Notes: a model not told the origin generated them from the sequence alone. A stretch of 64,000 nucleotides of DNA from an uncultured delta proteobacterium (GCA_963798485.1 CAWCTR010000010.1:1-64000), one strand, 5' to 3'. Shown: positions 28,142 through 37,368, numbered from the stretch's first letter. Numbers and translations are program-made.

Positions 28142-28314
28142 ATCCGGGGACACCATACTGGGTTTATATTGTCGAGTTCACCAAAACCGTTCCCGATTCC
28201 CTCTTAATCAACGTGAAAGAAATCCGTACACCTTCCCCTTGGGCATTTCCTTGATCCGCCTGAAGAACTCCGTCTCCGTGATCTGCATGGGCCAGTCGTG
28301 GTTGGTGGAGAGCA
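28140..28314. repeat. Type B repeat plus Fic 3' remnant (28208-28314, minus strand); diverged copy of 8894-9068
   Basis: Encodes LSTNHDWPMQITETEFFRRIKEMPKGKVYGFLSR* versus LSINPDWPMQ...FLSR*. Confidence 0.9.
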
Positions 28315-28375
28315 TTATCAGGAATAACTGCAGACAGTAACTCCGGTGTAATCCGGATGAAGATAGGGAGATAAC

Positions 28376-28789
28376 ATGTCAATGGTAAAAATGTTCCGAT
28401 GTCTCTGCCTGGCGGTTTCCATGGTAGGTATTTCCACGGGTGTGCTTTTTGGGCTCACTATTGCAAATGTCCCGCGCATCGATAAGGAGGAATTACGGAA
28501 GCTGCTGGACAATCCCGATGTGATCGTCCTTGATGTGCGCATCCAGTCTGAGTGGGAACAAAGCGCATTCAAGATAAAAGGGGCTGTACGTCTGGAGAGT
28601 GTCGATGAAGTGGCCGGGGTAACGTATCCGAAGGACAAGACCCTTGTCCTCTACTGTGCCTGACCGCATGAAGCCACGAGTGCCAGGCTGGCACCCATAC
28701 TGATATCAAAGGGCTACAATAAGGTCTACGTACTAAAGGGAGGCTGGAATGAGTGGTATGATTCCGGCTATCCTGTTGAAAAGAAATGA
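28376..28789 (+). CDS. Rhodanese-domain selenoprotein, Sec at UGA 28661-28663
   Basis: LVLYCA-U-PHEATSARLA...GYNKVYVLKGGWNEW...YPVEKK completes the fold; hairpin GTGCCA-GGC-TGGCAC at 28680-28694. Confidence 0.88.
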
Positions 28790-28843
28790 ATAGTTTTTAA
28801 ATTGTTCAAAGGAAATCCGTGGTGCCAAGATTCCCCTTAGTAT

Positions 28844-29539
28844 TCATTTTTTAAGAAGTGCCATGTATTCTTGAGGGGATACGTTTTTTATCCGGACTGT
28901 CGGTCCATAAAGAACCTCTTTACGTGGTCCCGGGGGTCTGCAGGGGGGGTCATTGACCTCACCGCGGTGGACGAGCTTCAACGAGTGGGTCGGGCACTTG
29001 TACACACAGACGCCACATCCGATGCACAAGGTTGTGTCCGGAATAGCGGCTTTCCCTTTCTTGTTCCCGGCTTGCCCCGAATCTTCAAGGCGCAGGGCCT
29101 CCATGGGACATCGTTTTACGCAAAGCCCGCAGGCCTTGCAGGTTTCTGGGTTGGTCCGGATCAGATAATTTGATGCATCCATACTCTTCGTGTGTTTCAG
29201 GACGTGGAAGCTCTCGAACCACATGCAGCAGCACTTACAGCAGTTGCAGATCGTATCCACTCCTTTGACCCAGTTTGAGACCCCATGGACCAACCCTTCG
29301 TCAGCCGCCCGGCGCAGGATGGTATGCGCCTCTTCGCGGGAGATCTCCATTCCGAGGCCGTTGGTTACCATATAATGTACACGAGAGCCGAAATGGAGAC
29401 AGTTCTCGGTGGAGTACGTGTAGTCAGGCGTTGCAGGGTCCAGGTTCTTGCGATGGCGGCAGGGACAGACAGCGACGCAGAAATAGTCCTGAGAGTCCAT
29501 CACATTGGCAACATCTTCATAGGGAAGGACCTTGTGCAT
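28844..29539 (-). pseudogene. 4Fe-4S dicluster protein, probably 5'-truncated and frameshifted near the 3' end
   Basis: CPCR, ICNCCKCCC, CKACGLCVKRCP, CIGCGVCVYKCP; G7 run at 28943-28949 appears to shift the C-terminus. Confidence 0.6.
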
Positions 29540-29607
29540 GCTGTCTGCATGGATGGTTTCTTCGAGTTTATCTCAACGGAATATTATCTTATATGGCCTG
29601 CGCTTTG

Positions 29608-30378
29608 TCATTGGCCCACAGGACACGACAGGTAACACTTGAAACAATAGTATTCAAAACCGATGAACGCCGATTGGTACAGGCTCATATACTTGGGGCT
29701 CATCATCATCTTCTTCTGTTCATCAGGACTGCTGTCGATGAATTTCATCCAGAACCTGATATTGCCCCCCAGGCCGTTCGGCTGGGAGTGTTTCATGCAT
29801 TTGAATTCATCGGTCTTCCCTTCCTCATCCAAGGCCCGGCCCGGACAATTCTCCACGCAGACATTGCACTGTATGCAGAGATCCTCGGTCACTTTCGGGT
29901 CACCAGGCAGCTCCAGCTCGGTCAGGATCGTTGAAAAGATCACCCGGGAACCCAGCCTCGGATGGATCACCAGGTTGTGCCTCCCGAAATTTCCTAATCC
30001 TGCCGCTACGGCTGCATGCCGCTGGGAGAAGTCGGCTACAAGGCCGAACCTGTTCTCAGGCTGCATGTTCAAAGGGTATGACAACGGTGTGGACATTGCC
30101 TTGGTACCACACTCCTTCTCGATGAACCGTGAGGCCTTATAGTTGCATGACCTGGCGAATTCCATTGAGTCGAGCCTGCCGCCCATGGCGATCCGCTGGT
30201 TGTCGCTCTCGCAGTTGGACAACTCCCTGTAGGCCATGACGACCAGACTTTTTGCCTTGGGAAAGATCGAATCGACACTGGGGGACAGGGGGCTGTTATA
30301 ATCGGATACGGCTCCGAACCCCACATCCTCCACGCCAAGGTCCAGCACGAATTTCTTTATTTTTTCCTTCATGTTCAA
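29608..30378 (-). CDS. Epoxyqueuosine reductase-like (QueG/RdhA-fold) Fe-S protein
   Basis: RHAAVAAGLG.FG...IHPRLG, CIQCNVCVENCP, CFKCYLSCP. Confidence 0.8.
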   Translation of the reverse strand: MNMKEKIKKFVLDLGVEDVGFGAVSDYNSPLSPSVDSIFPKAKSLVVMAYRELSNCESDNQRIAMGGRLDSMEFARSCNYKASRFIEKECGTKAMSTPLSYPLNMQPENRFGLVADFSQRHAAVAAGLGNFGRHNLVIHPRLGSRVIFSTILTELELPGDPKVTEDLCIQCNVCVENCPGRALDEEGKTDEFKCMKHSQPNGLGGNIRFWMKFIDSSPDEQKKMMMSPKYMSLYQSAFIGFEYYCFKCYLSCPVGQ

Positions 30379-30409
30379 TCTCCCTTCTTTGTCTTCATTG
30401 GCGCAGATA

Positions 30410-30423
30410 ATACCAATCGGTAT
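30410..30423. promoter_or_regulatory. TetR operator copy ATACCAATCGGTAT
   Basis: One mismatch to the perfect palindrome at 31061. Confidence 0.7.
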
Positions 30424-30441
30424 ATTTCTGCTGAAAAAAAT

Positions 30442-31035
30442 TTACTCCCTGAGCTCATCATTGATCTTGCCTACAAGGTAAGATACATTTCTTTCCAGAT
30501 GAATCCTCGAACCCGTGACCTTCGAGAGCATGATGCCGCCTTCGATGAGGGAAACAAAATATGTTGCAAAGGCATCAGGATTCACGCCCGCCTTGATCTC
30601 GCTTCTTTTTATACCCCTCTTGACGATCGTGCTTATGGAGTTCATCCAGCTCTCGAGCGACCGGATTACGACGTCCCGCAACGGAAGCTCGCTGTTGTCG
30701 GAGTCTATGGCGGCGTTCAGGATCGGGCACCCGCCGCTTTGTGAAACGGTATCAAAAGCTTCTTTGTAGAATTGGGCGAATGCCACCAATTTGTCACAGT
30801 TATTTTTTATGGATTTGAGAGTATTTGCTATTTCGTTTGATATCCTGGAGATATTGTATTCAAGGGCAGCCAGGGCAATTTCGTCCTTGTTTTTAAAATT
30901 ACCGTAAAGGGCGCCTTTTGTGAGCCCGATGGCGTCCGTCAACTGCGACATGGAAGTGCCTGCATACCCATGCATGTTGAAAACAGGTGCAACCTTCTCG
31001 ATGATATATCTTTTAGTATCGTCTGCTTTTCTCAT
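30442..31035 (-). CDS. TetR/AcrR family regulator
   Basis: GYAGTSMSQL...LTKGALYGNFKNKDE; GGCPILN. Confidence 0.9.
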   Translation of the reverse strand: MRKADDTKRYIIEKVAPVFNMHGYAGTSMSQLTDAIGLTKGALYGNFKNKDEIALAALEYNISRISNEIANTLKSIKNNCDKLVAFAQFYKEAFDTVSQSGGCPILNAAIDSDNSELPLRDVVIRSLESWMNSISTIVKRGIKRSEIKAGVNPDAFATYFVSLIEGGIMLSKVTGSRIHLERNVSYLVGKINDELRE

Positions 31036-31060
31036 GACAACCGACCAGTGTCCATTAAAT

Positions 31061-31074
31061 ATACCGATCGGTAT
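31061..31074. promoter_or_regulatory. TetR operator palindrome ATACCGATCGGTAT
   Basis: Perfect 14-bp palindrome upstream of tetR. Confidence 0.75.
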
Positions 31075-31137
31075 CTTTTGTAAAGAAAATAAATAACAGG
31101 GATCACGACATACGCCAACAATCGCACGGTTTTCTTC

Positions 31138-31950
31138 TCAGCTCACGGTCTCTGCACTGTAGCGGGCAATGAGGCCGGTACGCACAGCGTGACGGTAGGT
31201 GCGGGTAAAGAAAAAGCCCGCAAGAAGGATATATAAACCGGCAAGGCTCCCGCCCCAGAGAAGAACGGCTCCGGATACCGATCCGCCTGAGATGATAGAC
31301 CGCATGCCTTCAAACACGTACGCAGGAGGGAGCAGATACGATACATACTGCATCCAATGAGGGAGCGTGGAAAGCGGGTAAAACACCCCCGCAAAGGGCG
31401 AGATGAGTGCAGGAATGGGCCACACGAACCACTCTGCCGAAGGCCCGAGCCGGAGCACCCCGGCACACGCAAAGATGCCCAGCGCAATGCCGAACAGGAA
31501 AAGCACAAGAAGGAACGCGAAGAGCGTGATCCCGTAGATGAAGAAGGAGAGGCCGAAAACTATCAAAGCCAGGGCGAGCATTACTATGAGCCCTATCGTG
31601 CTTGTGGCAATGCTCGACAGCACAAGGCCGGTTATGTATTCGGTGATGGAAAGGGGAGTGGCAAAGAAGTTGAGGAAGTTGCGCGACCACACATCCTCGA
31701 AAAAGGCCATGGTCACGCCCTGCATAACCCGGATAAAGAAGTCCCACAGGAGCACGGCCCCCAGGAGCCTCGGCACGAAATTGAAGCCGTTTGAGGAGAC
31801 GGTATTGAGATATTTCGTGATGAATCCCCACAGTATGATGTCGATAGTCACCCAGGCAAAAAGGGGCATAACGCGCGAGAAGCTCCCGCGTATGAGATAG
31901 AACTGGCGGAGCACGATAGCAAAGATGCGGTTGTAGTTCATGGTGCTCAT
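31138..31950 (-). CDS. ABC-2 type transporter permease
   Basis: About 6 TMs; GVFYPLSTLPHWMQ..S.LLP. Confidence 0.88.
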   Translation of the reverse strand: MSTMNYNRIFAIVLRQFYLIRGSFSRVMPLFAWVTIDIILWGFITKYLNTVSSNGFNFVPRLLGAVLLWDFFIRVMQGVTMAFFEDVWSRNFLNFFATPLSITEYITGLVLSSIATSTIGLIVMLALALIVFGLSFFIYGITLFAFLLVLFLFGIALGIFACAGVLRLGPSAEWFVWPIPALISPFAGVFYPLSTLPHWMQYVSYLLPPAYVFEGMRSIISGGSVSGAVLLWGGSLAGLYILLAGFFFTRTYRHAVRTGLIARYSAETVS

Positions 31951-32699
31951 TGCTCCTCAAGCGTGAGCGGTTCACGCGCCACGGTTATGAAAAGCTCTTC
32001 GAGCGTTTTCTTCCCGTGCTCCCGGGGCAGGGTCTTGGGATTACCTTCAAGCAGGATCTTTCCTTGAGAAAGAAAAAGCACACGGTCGCATACCTCTTCA
32101 ACCTCGTACATATTGTGCGAGGTCCATAAAACACCCCCGGTTCCCTGTGCAGTGAACTCCTTTATTTTCACCCTGATTTCACGTGCCGTTGCAGGGTCGA
32201 GCGAGGCCGTCGGTTCGTCGAGGAGAAGGAGGTGAGGACTGTTGAGCAAGGCCTTGGCGAGGCCTACCCGTGTCTGTTCTCCCGAAGAGAGCACCCCGCA
32301 CTTCACCTCTCGAAATGCCCCAAGATCGAACTGCATGAGGAGTTCTTCAATGCGTACCCGAAGATCCCTTACTCCATAGATAAGACCGAAGATACGCAGA
32401 TTCTGATACACGGACAAGTTACCGGGCAGGGGCGCGTACACGGCCGCGAAGTTCGTGCGTTCGAGCGCATGGGACCGCCTTGTCCCTATGTCCATTCCTT
32501 CGATAAGGATAGTCCCGCAGCTCGGCTCCAAGACACCGAGGATCATGTTGATGGTCGTTGTCTTCCCGGCGCCGTTGGGGCCCAAGAGGCCTACGATCTC
32601 ATTTGTGCCTACATCGAACGAGACGCCGTCTACGGCCGGCGTTTCACCGTAGAGCTTGCACAGTGACGTTACCGAGAGCACTTTCACTGCAGAAGACAT
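31947..32699 (-). CDS. ABC transporter ATP-binding protein
   Basis: GPNGAGKT, LSSGE, LLLLDEP, SH. Confidence 0.92.
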   Translation of the reverse strand: MSSAVKVLSVTSLCKLYGETPAVDGVSFDVGTNEIVGLLGPNGAGKTTTINMILGVLEPSCGTILIEGMDIGTRRSHALERTNFAAVYAPLPGNLSVYQNLRIFGLIYGVRDLRVRIEELLMQFDLGAFREVKCGVLSSGEQTRVGLAKALLNSPHLLLLDEPTASLDPATAREIRVKIKEFTAQGTGGVLWTSHNMYEVEEVCDRVLFLSQGKILLEGNPKTLPREHGKKTLEELFITVAREPLTLEEQ

Positions 32700-32754
32700 T
32701 TCTTAGAAGTTCCCCCCTTTCGCGTTGAAAAGCCCCCGGGCCTTAGATATTTCT

Positions 32755-33328
32755 TTATTCCTCAAAATACTCGTTCTTCATCTCCAAGGTCAGGCCGTCG
32801 CTGTTCATGAGGCGTCTTACAAGCCCCTCGATCTTGGGAAGCTCATAGCCATAGAAATAACGGCACGCATAGATCTTGCCGGTGTAGAAATTCATGTCGC
32901 CACCCAGGAGGCTCCCCTTTTCGAGGGCCTTGTTGGCAATCAAGGCCTGCAGGAGCCACTGCCAGGCGATGGCGATGATGCCGAACAGCTCCGAGTGCGT
33001 TCAGGCCTGCCCGGCCCTTCTTCATAGTCATTTTGCGGCCCGGAAGGTCCATACCCTGGATGCCGGTAGTCCCCTCGTGGATGGGATGGATCCTCACATC
33101 GCGGTAATACTGCTCCAGAGGAAACTCATCGTAATAGCCGTACCCGCCCAGGATCTGGAGCCCCTGGCTGCAGGAAAGGATACCCATCTTCATGGCTGTA
33201 TCTATGACCATGTCGAAGACCTCCCGGCTGTGGTCGGCATAACGGGGATAGCCAAGGAGCGACTCAACATCGAACATCTCGTACAGCAGGAATCTCAGAT
33301 TTCTCTCAGAGATGAATTTTTCAGCCAT
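32755..33328 (-). pseudogene. Acyl-CoA dehydrogenase remnant with large internal deletions
   Basis: N-terminus MAEKFISERNLRFLLYE..KMG fused to ILS..LQILGGYGY..IHEGTTGIQ; C-terminus FYTGK..YELPK in another frame. Confidence 0.8.
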
Positions 33329-33630
33329 GGTAGATCCCCTTTCATGAAGTGAATGTGCCCTGAATAGATACGGTGATGCAGCGTGTAGTATACATAATTT
33401 CAGGTCTCTCATCCATCCCTAGATGAATCATACCCTAAACAGAGTCAATGCCTTTGTTTCGCATTTGTCCGTAATCATGCTCTACTTGGTTACTAAGAAA
33501 ATTAAGGAATATATAATGGTCCAAAATCCGGATATCTTGAGAAGATTCGAAGATGATCTGGCCCGGAAAGAGGGAAGAATTCCCATCTATTCTTCTAAGA
33601 AGAACACAGGAGAAAACGCCATGTCGATAG

Positions 33631-34755
33631 CTAACCCACTATCTCCAGTTCATATTGAGAGCTCCCGAGGCCAAGCCTTTCAGCCTCGGCAATCTGGAGC
33701 CTGCCGTCTTTTTTATGAAGAAGGCTCAAGATATCCCACCCCTCTTTGAGGACAAGGCCTGAGGCCCTGGAATCGGGGAGAGGGCTTACCTTGCTCAAGA
33801 TGTCGAGCGTCGCCGTATCGATGGCAACAGGGTCATCGGAGATCAGAATCCCCTGATCCTGGGCTATGGGCGGGTCTGCAAGGGGCATGCAGTCACATTC
33901 AGGCTGCATCTCAAGGAGGAAATTTATGTAGAGCACCCTTGACGGTTCGAATGTCTTCAGAATCGCGTTCGCCCCTTCTGCAACGGCCTTCATGAAGATC
34001 TCATGCGATACAGGGACTTCGATGGCCTCCACCGGGCATACCCGTGCGCATCTCCCGCAGCGCCAGCACTTGCCTTTGTCAACGGTGTAGACACTGTCCG
34101 GGAAGGTGATGGCCCCGATTGGGCATACATTCATGCAATCGAGACATAAGGTGCATTTCGTCTCATCCCATTGCATGATCTCCCCCATGAGAAAGTGCAT
34201 CTTTCCCCTTCCCTGATGCCAGTCGCCACCCCGCGGGGCTGCAGATATACCGCCCATGGATATGTTCTTGATGGCCCCCCCCAGTACAGCCTGGATGTGT
34301 CCTTTTACATGGGTCAGCACAACCATTGTTTTGGCATCGTGAATGGCGGAAGCTATGGCCATCTCACCTAAAGTCTCGCCTGCATACACCTTGATGGAAT
34401 CGTTCCCGAAGATCCCATCTGCCATGATCACGGGCGCGCCGAGTGTCAGGTGCGTGTATCCGGCCTCTTTGGCAATCTCCAGATATTCATAGCCGGGCAC
34501 CCTTACCGAATCGGTGACAAAGGGTTTTGCAGGCACCTTTTTTACTGCATCGACCACCTTCTTGACAAACTGCGGGCGAATAGTTTTGAAGGCACCGTGA
34601 TTGCCGAGGTGCATTTTCAATGCAACGAGCTCATCTTCAGGTATGTATCTTTTCAGGTCGAAACGCTCCAAGAAATTTTCGAATTTACCCATCAGCCCTG
34701 AGTCATAGGTGAAAGACTTCGACTGTGCAGTTATCTGGTACACCTTCGATTTCAT
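33631..34755 (-). CDS. DUF362 Fe-S protein
   Basis: KMHLG, THVKGH..GGAIKN.SMG, two 4Fe-4S motifs, ECDC, DPVAID. Confidence 0.88.
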   Translation of the reverse strand: MKSKVYQITAQSKSFTYDSGLMGKFENFLERFDLKRYIPEDELVALKMHLGNHGAFKTIRPQFVKKVVDAVKKVPAKPFVTDSVRVPGYEYLEIAKEAGYTHLTLGAPVIMADGIFGNDSIKVYAGETLGEMAIASAIHDAKTMVVLTHVKGHIQAVLGGAIKNISMGGISAAPRGGDWHQGRGKMHFLMGEIMQWDETKCTLCLDCMNVCPIGAITFPDSVYTVDKGKCWRCGRCARVCPVEAIEVPVSHEIFMKAVAEGANAILKTFEPSRVLYINFLLEMQPECDCMPLADPPIAQDQGILISDDPVAIDTATLDILSKVSPLPDSRASGLVLKEGWDILSLLHKKDGRLQIAEAERLGLGSSQYELEIVG

Positions 34756-34843
34756 AAATCCTCCTGTTGATCTACAAAGCCCTCTTGCAGCCGTTGTTAG
34801 TCCGCTGGTCTCGTGTCAATTGTCTGATGCCTTCATTATATCC

Positions 34844-35356
34844 TTATTCATACTTTTCATAACATACTATTTTATCCAGGTCCTTTCTCGATTTCATGGG
34901 AGGCGGCTGGTCAGGATAACCGAGAGGCAGCATAGTCACAACCCGGATCCGGCCGGGAATCTTGAGGATATCTTTGACCTCATGTTCATGAAAAGCCCCG
35001 AGCCAGCAGGTTCCAAGACCAAGTTCACAGGCCTGGAGAGTCATGTATGCACATGCAATCGATACATCCACCGTGTATGCACTCTGGCCGCAGGCCATTA
35101 CACGCTCTGTCTCCGTGGCGCATGCCACGATCACAACAGGTGCCTGGGCCACAAATGTCTGTCCTAGAGCCGCCCTGGACAGTTTTTCCCTGGTGTCTTT
35201 GTCCCGAACAACAACAAACTTCCATTCCTGGCGATTGCTGGCAGACGGGGCAAGCCTGGCGGCATCCAACACCTTTTTAAGCTTCCCGTCTTCCACTTCA
35301 GTATCTTTATAGGCCCTGACGCTTCCTCTGTTACTAATTGCGGTAAAAACATCCAT
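34844..35356 (-). CDS. Nitroreductase family protein
   Basis: [30 protein letters not shown]. Confidence 0.92.
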   Translation of the reverse strand: MDVFTAISNRGSVRAYKDTEVEDGKLKKVLDAARLAPSASNRQEWKFVVVRDKDTREKLSRAALGQTFVAQAPVVIVACATETERVMACGQSAYTVDVSIACAYMTLQACELGLGTCWLGAFHEHEVKDILKIPGRIRVVTMLPLGYPDQPPPMKSRKDLDKIVCYEKYE

Positions 35357-35601
35357 ACAATTGTTCTCCTTTTATACGGATCGGTTTGAAATAACTGATC
35401 GGCCTTTAACTTATTATAAGGCCGGCTTTCATGTTTTCAATTACTTCCCTTTGTATATCTGATGATAAACCTAATAAATAAAGTATAGAATATTACAGGG
35501 ATAAAGTGAATCCAGTATTCTGGTCACTTGTCTCCCTGAAAATTACGGGGCCAAGGCCAAGCCCTCTGACACAAGACCCCGTATCATATCAAATAATCAG
35601 A

Positions 35602-36459
35602 CTATACGGAGTAATTGATCGATGTATAGTCGTCTGTACTTCCGGTGATGGTCTGGAAGAGATTCTGCAGGCTGGATGCCTGGCTCGATGCATAGGCAGA
35701 CAAGGCCTTTGCAACGAGACTGTTTAAGGATGACGAGTTTGTCGAGTCTGTCGAGCTTGTCGAACTCGTAGAGCCGATGTCATCCAGATAGGCCTGTAGT
35801 TCCGATGCACTCAATACCCCGTCACCATTGGTATCATACTTGGAAAGGATACTATTCGCGCTGGTTGTGGAGCTGCCCGCCTCGGATGATCCCGAGGGAG
35901 GAGGCGGTGGTGGAGGTGCCATCCCCGCGTTTTGCGGGGCCGATATGCCGTTGGCATCAAGGAACGAACTGAACTCCGTGGCGCTCAGTGTTCCATCGCC
36001 ATTGGTGTCGTAGGTGGAGATGGCATTGGTGGTGTCAATGGTGTTGCCGGTTGCCTTAGACATGTTCGCCGCCCAGGTGTCCAGCTGTGCCTGTGTCATC
36101 TGGCTGCTGCCGCCGGTGATGGCATTAAAGAGATCCGTGGATGCAGAACTGTCCGATGAATCCTGAGAGGTAGGCGGCGTTATGCCATTGGCATCAAGGA
36201 ACGACTTAAACTCCGCAGTACTCAGTCCGCCGTCGCTGTCGGTGTCATAGGTGGAGATGGCATTGGTGGTGTCAAGGGTTGTACCGGTGACCTGTGAGAT
36301 CTTCTTCCCAAAGGCGTCCAGCTCCGACTGGGAGATCTTGCCGTCGCCATTGGTGTCAACCTTGCTGAACAAATCTGCAAGATCCGGCTTATGTTTTGCC
36401 TGTTGGGTCTGCAGATAGTTCAAGTAACTGGTGCTTGAACTACTTATTCCGCTAACCAT
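35602..36459 (-). CDS. Multi-EF-hand Ser/Thr-rich protein (XopAW-like)
   Basis: DTNGDGKISQSE, DTDSDGGLSTAE, DTNGDGTLSATE, DTNGDGVLSASE; poly-Pro stretch. Confidence 0.8.
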   Translation of the reverse strand: MVSGISSSSTSYLNYLQTQQAKHKPDLADLFSKVDTNGDGKISQSELDAFGKKISQVTGTTLDTTNAISTYDTDSDGGLSTAEFKSFLDANGITPPTSQDSSDSSASTDLFNAITGGSSQMTQAQLDTWAANMSKATGNTIDTTNAISTYDTNGDGTLSATEFSSFLDANGISAPQNAGMAPPPPPPPSGSSEAGSSTTSANSILSKYDTNGDGVLSASELQAYLDDIGSTSSTSSTDSTNSSSLNSLVAKALSAYASSQASSLQNLFQTITGSTDDYTSINYSV

Positions 36460-36518
36460 ACTAGTCCTCCTTGTTTTAAGTTTGTACAGATTCGCGAAGT
36501 CTGTCCTTGACTAGATAG

Positions 36519-36534
36519 GCCAGATCCATGCCAG
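36519..36534 (-). promoter_or_regulatory. Putative sigma54 promoter (TGGCATGGATCTGGC)
   Basis: GG-N10-GC spacing ~60 bp upstream of the EF-hand gene. Confidence 0.5.
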
Positions 36535-36589
36535 AAAAGGGAAGAAAGCAGTCTGCTGCTGGTTTTGTCGGATTATTTAAGTTACGGAC

Positions 36590-36790
36590 CTATAGCCCCT
36601 GGTCTGTATGAGATCTCCGGTCATCAAGCACCTCATGGGCGCGCTTGAGCAGGATGGATTTCCAGTTCTTGATCTGGTTGGGGTGGACATGGTGCTCATC
36701 GGCAATTTCATCCAATGTCTTTTCACCCCTGATATAATCAGCCACCACCCGGGCCTTGAAGTCTCCTGAATATCGTTTGCGATTCTTCAT
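36590..36790 (-). CDS. Stand-alone IS3 OrfA-like HTH protein
   Basis: RKRYSGDFKARVV...TLDEIA..H.VHPNQI.NWK. Confidence 0.7.
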   Translation of the reverse strand: MKNRKRYSGDFKARVVADYIRGEKTLDEIADEHHVHPNQIKNWKSILLKRAHEVLDDRRSHTDQGL

Positions 36791-36930
36791 CGATCCTCTT
36801 TCCTTTTCAAGCAGTAACTTATTATCTACGAATAATATTTATTGTGCCTACCTATGCCGCGACTTGTTCTTAAAGACATTCGGGAAACTTTTTGCCTGTT
36901 TCAGGGGAAATAATTACCTCATTCAATGTA

Positions 36931-37368
36931 TCATGCATCGTCATTCACATAGAAGTAATCGCAATCTTCGAGGTATGGATAACTGCTGGTATCGGTATAG
37001 TAATAACTGACCCCGCCAATTGTCACGATGTCCTCATCACTGCCGGAGTCATTAGCGAGTGCATCTGAGAGATCGGTAAGATCAATGCTGGTATCAAAAG
37101 AGCATTTCACGGACTTCTTTGTATCAGAGTCCATCACAGTGACCGAATTGGTCCCTACACTGAGAAGTACGCCTTTCAGGAGGATATATGTTCCATTATA
37201 ATCCTCGTTGCTGTTTCCCAATGCCGTCCACAGTTCGGGCACCGTCAATAATGTGTATTTTGAGGTCATGTCTTTATAAGTATCATCCGTGCTTGTAGTC
37301 TCATCAGTGTTGCATCCTGACATGCATAGGGCAGCAATAAACACATACGGCCATATTTTTCTTTTCAT
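36931..37368 (-). CDS. Acidic lipoprotein, possible OB-fold
   Basis: Lipobox MSGC; GAGGGG RBS. Confidence 0.6.
   Translation of the reverse strand: MKRKIWPYVFIAALCMSGCNTDETTSTDDTYKDMTSKYTLLTVPELWTALGNSNEDYNGTYILLKGVLLSVGTNSVTVMDSDTKKSVKCSFDTSIDLTDLSDALANDSGSDEDIVTIGGVSYYYTDTSSYPYLEDCDYFYVNDDA

Noticed and set aside
4502-28160. CRISPR array interpretation of the ~20-25-bp repeats
   Set aside because: Spacing is irregular (tens of bp to several kb), both orientations and four subtypes occur, and no cas genes are present
8894-28314. Diversity-generating retroelement (TR/VR pair) for the duplicated Fic 3' end
   Set aside because: Differences are not adenine-specific, are mostly synonymous, and no reverse transcriptase is in the window
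35547-35580. GGGGCCAAGGCCAAG...AGACCCC as a fifth repeat subtype
   Set aside because: Single degenerate instance in the window; cannot be supported without further copies
36590-36790. Intact IS3/IS150 element
   Set aside because: No orfB integrase domain, frameshift signal or terminal inverted repeats seen
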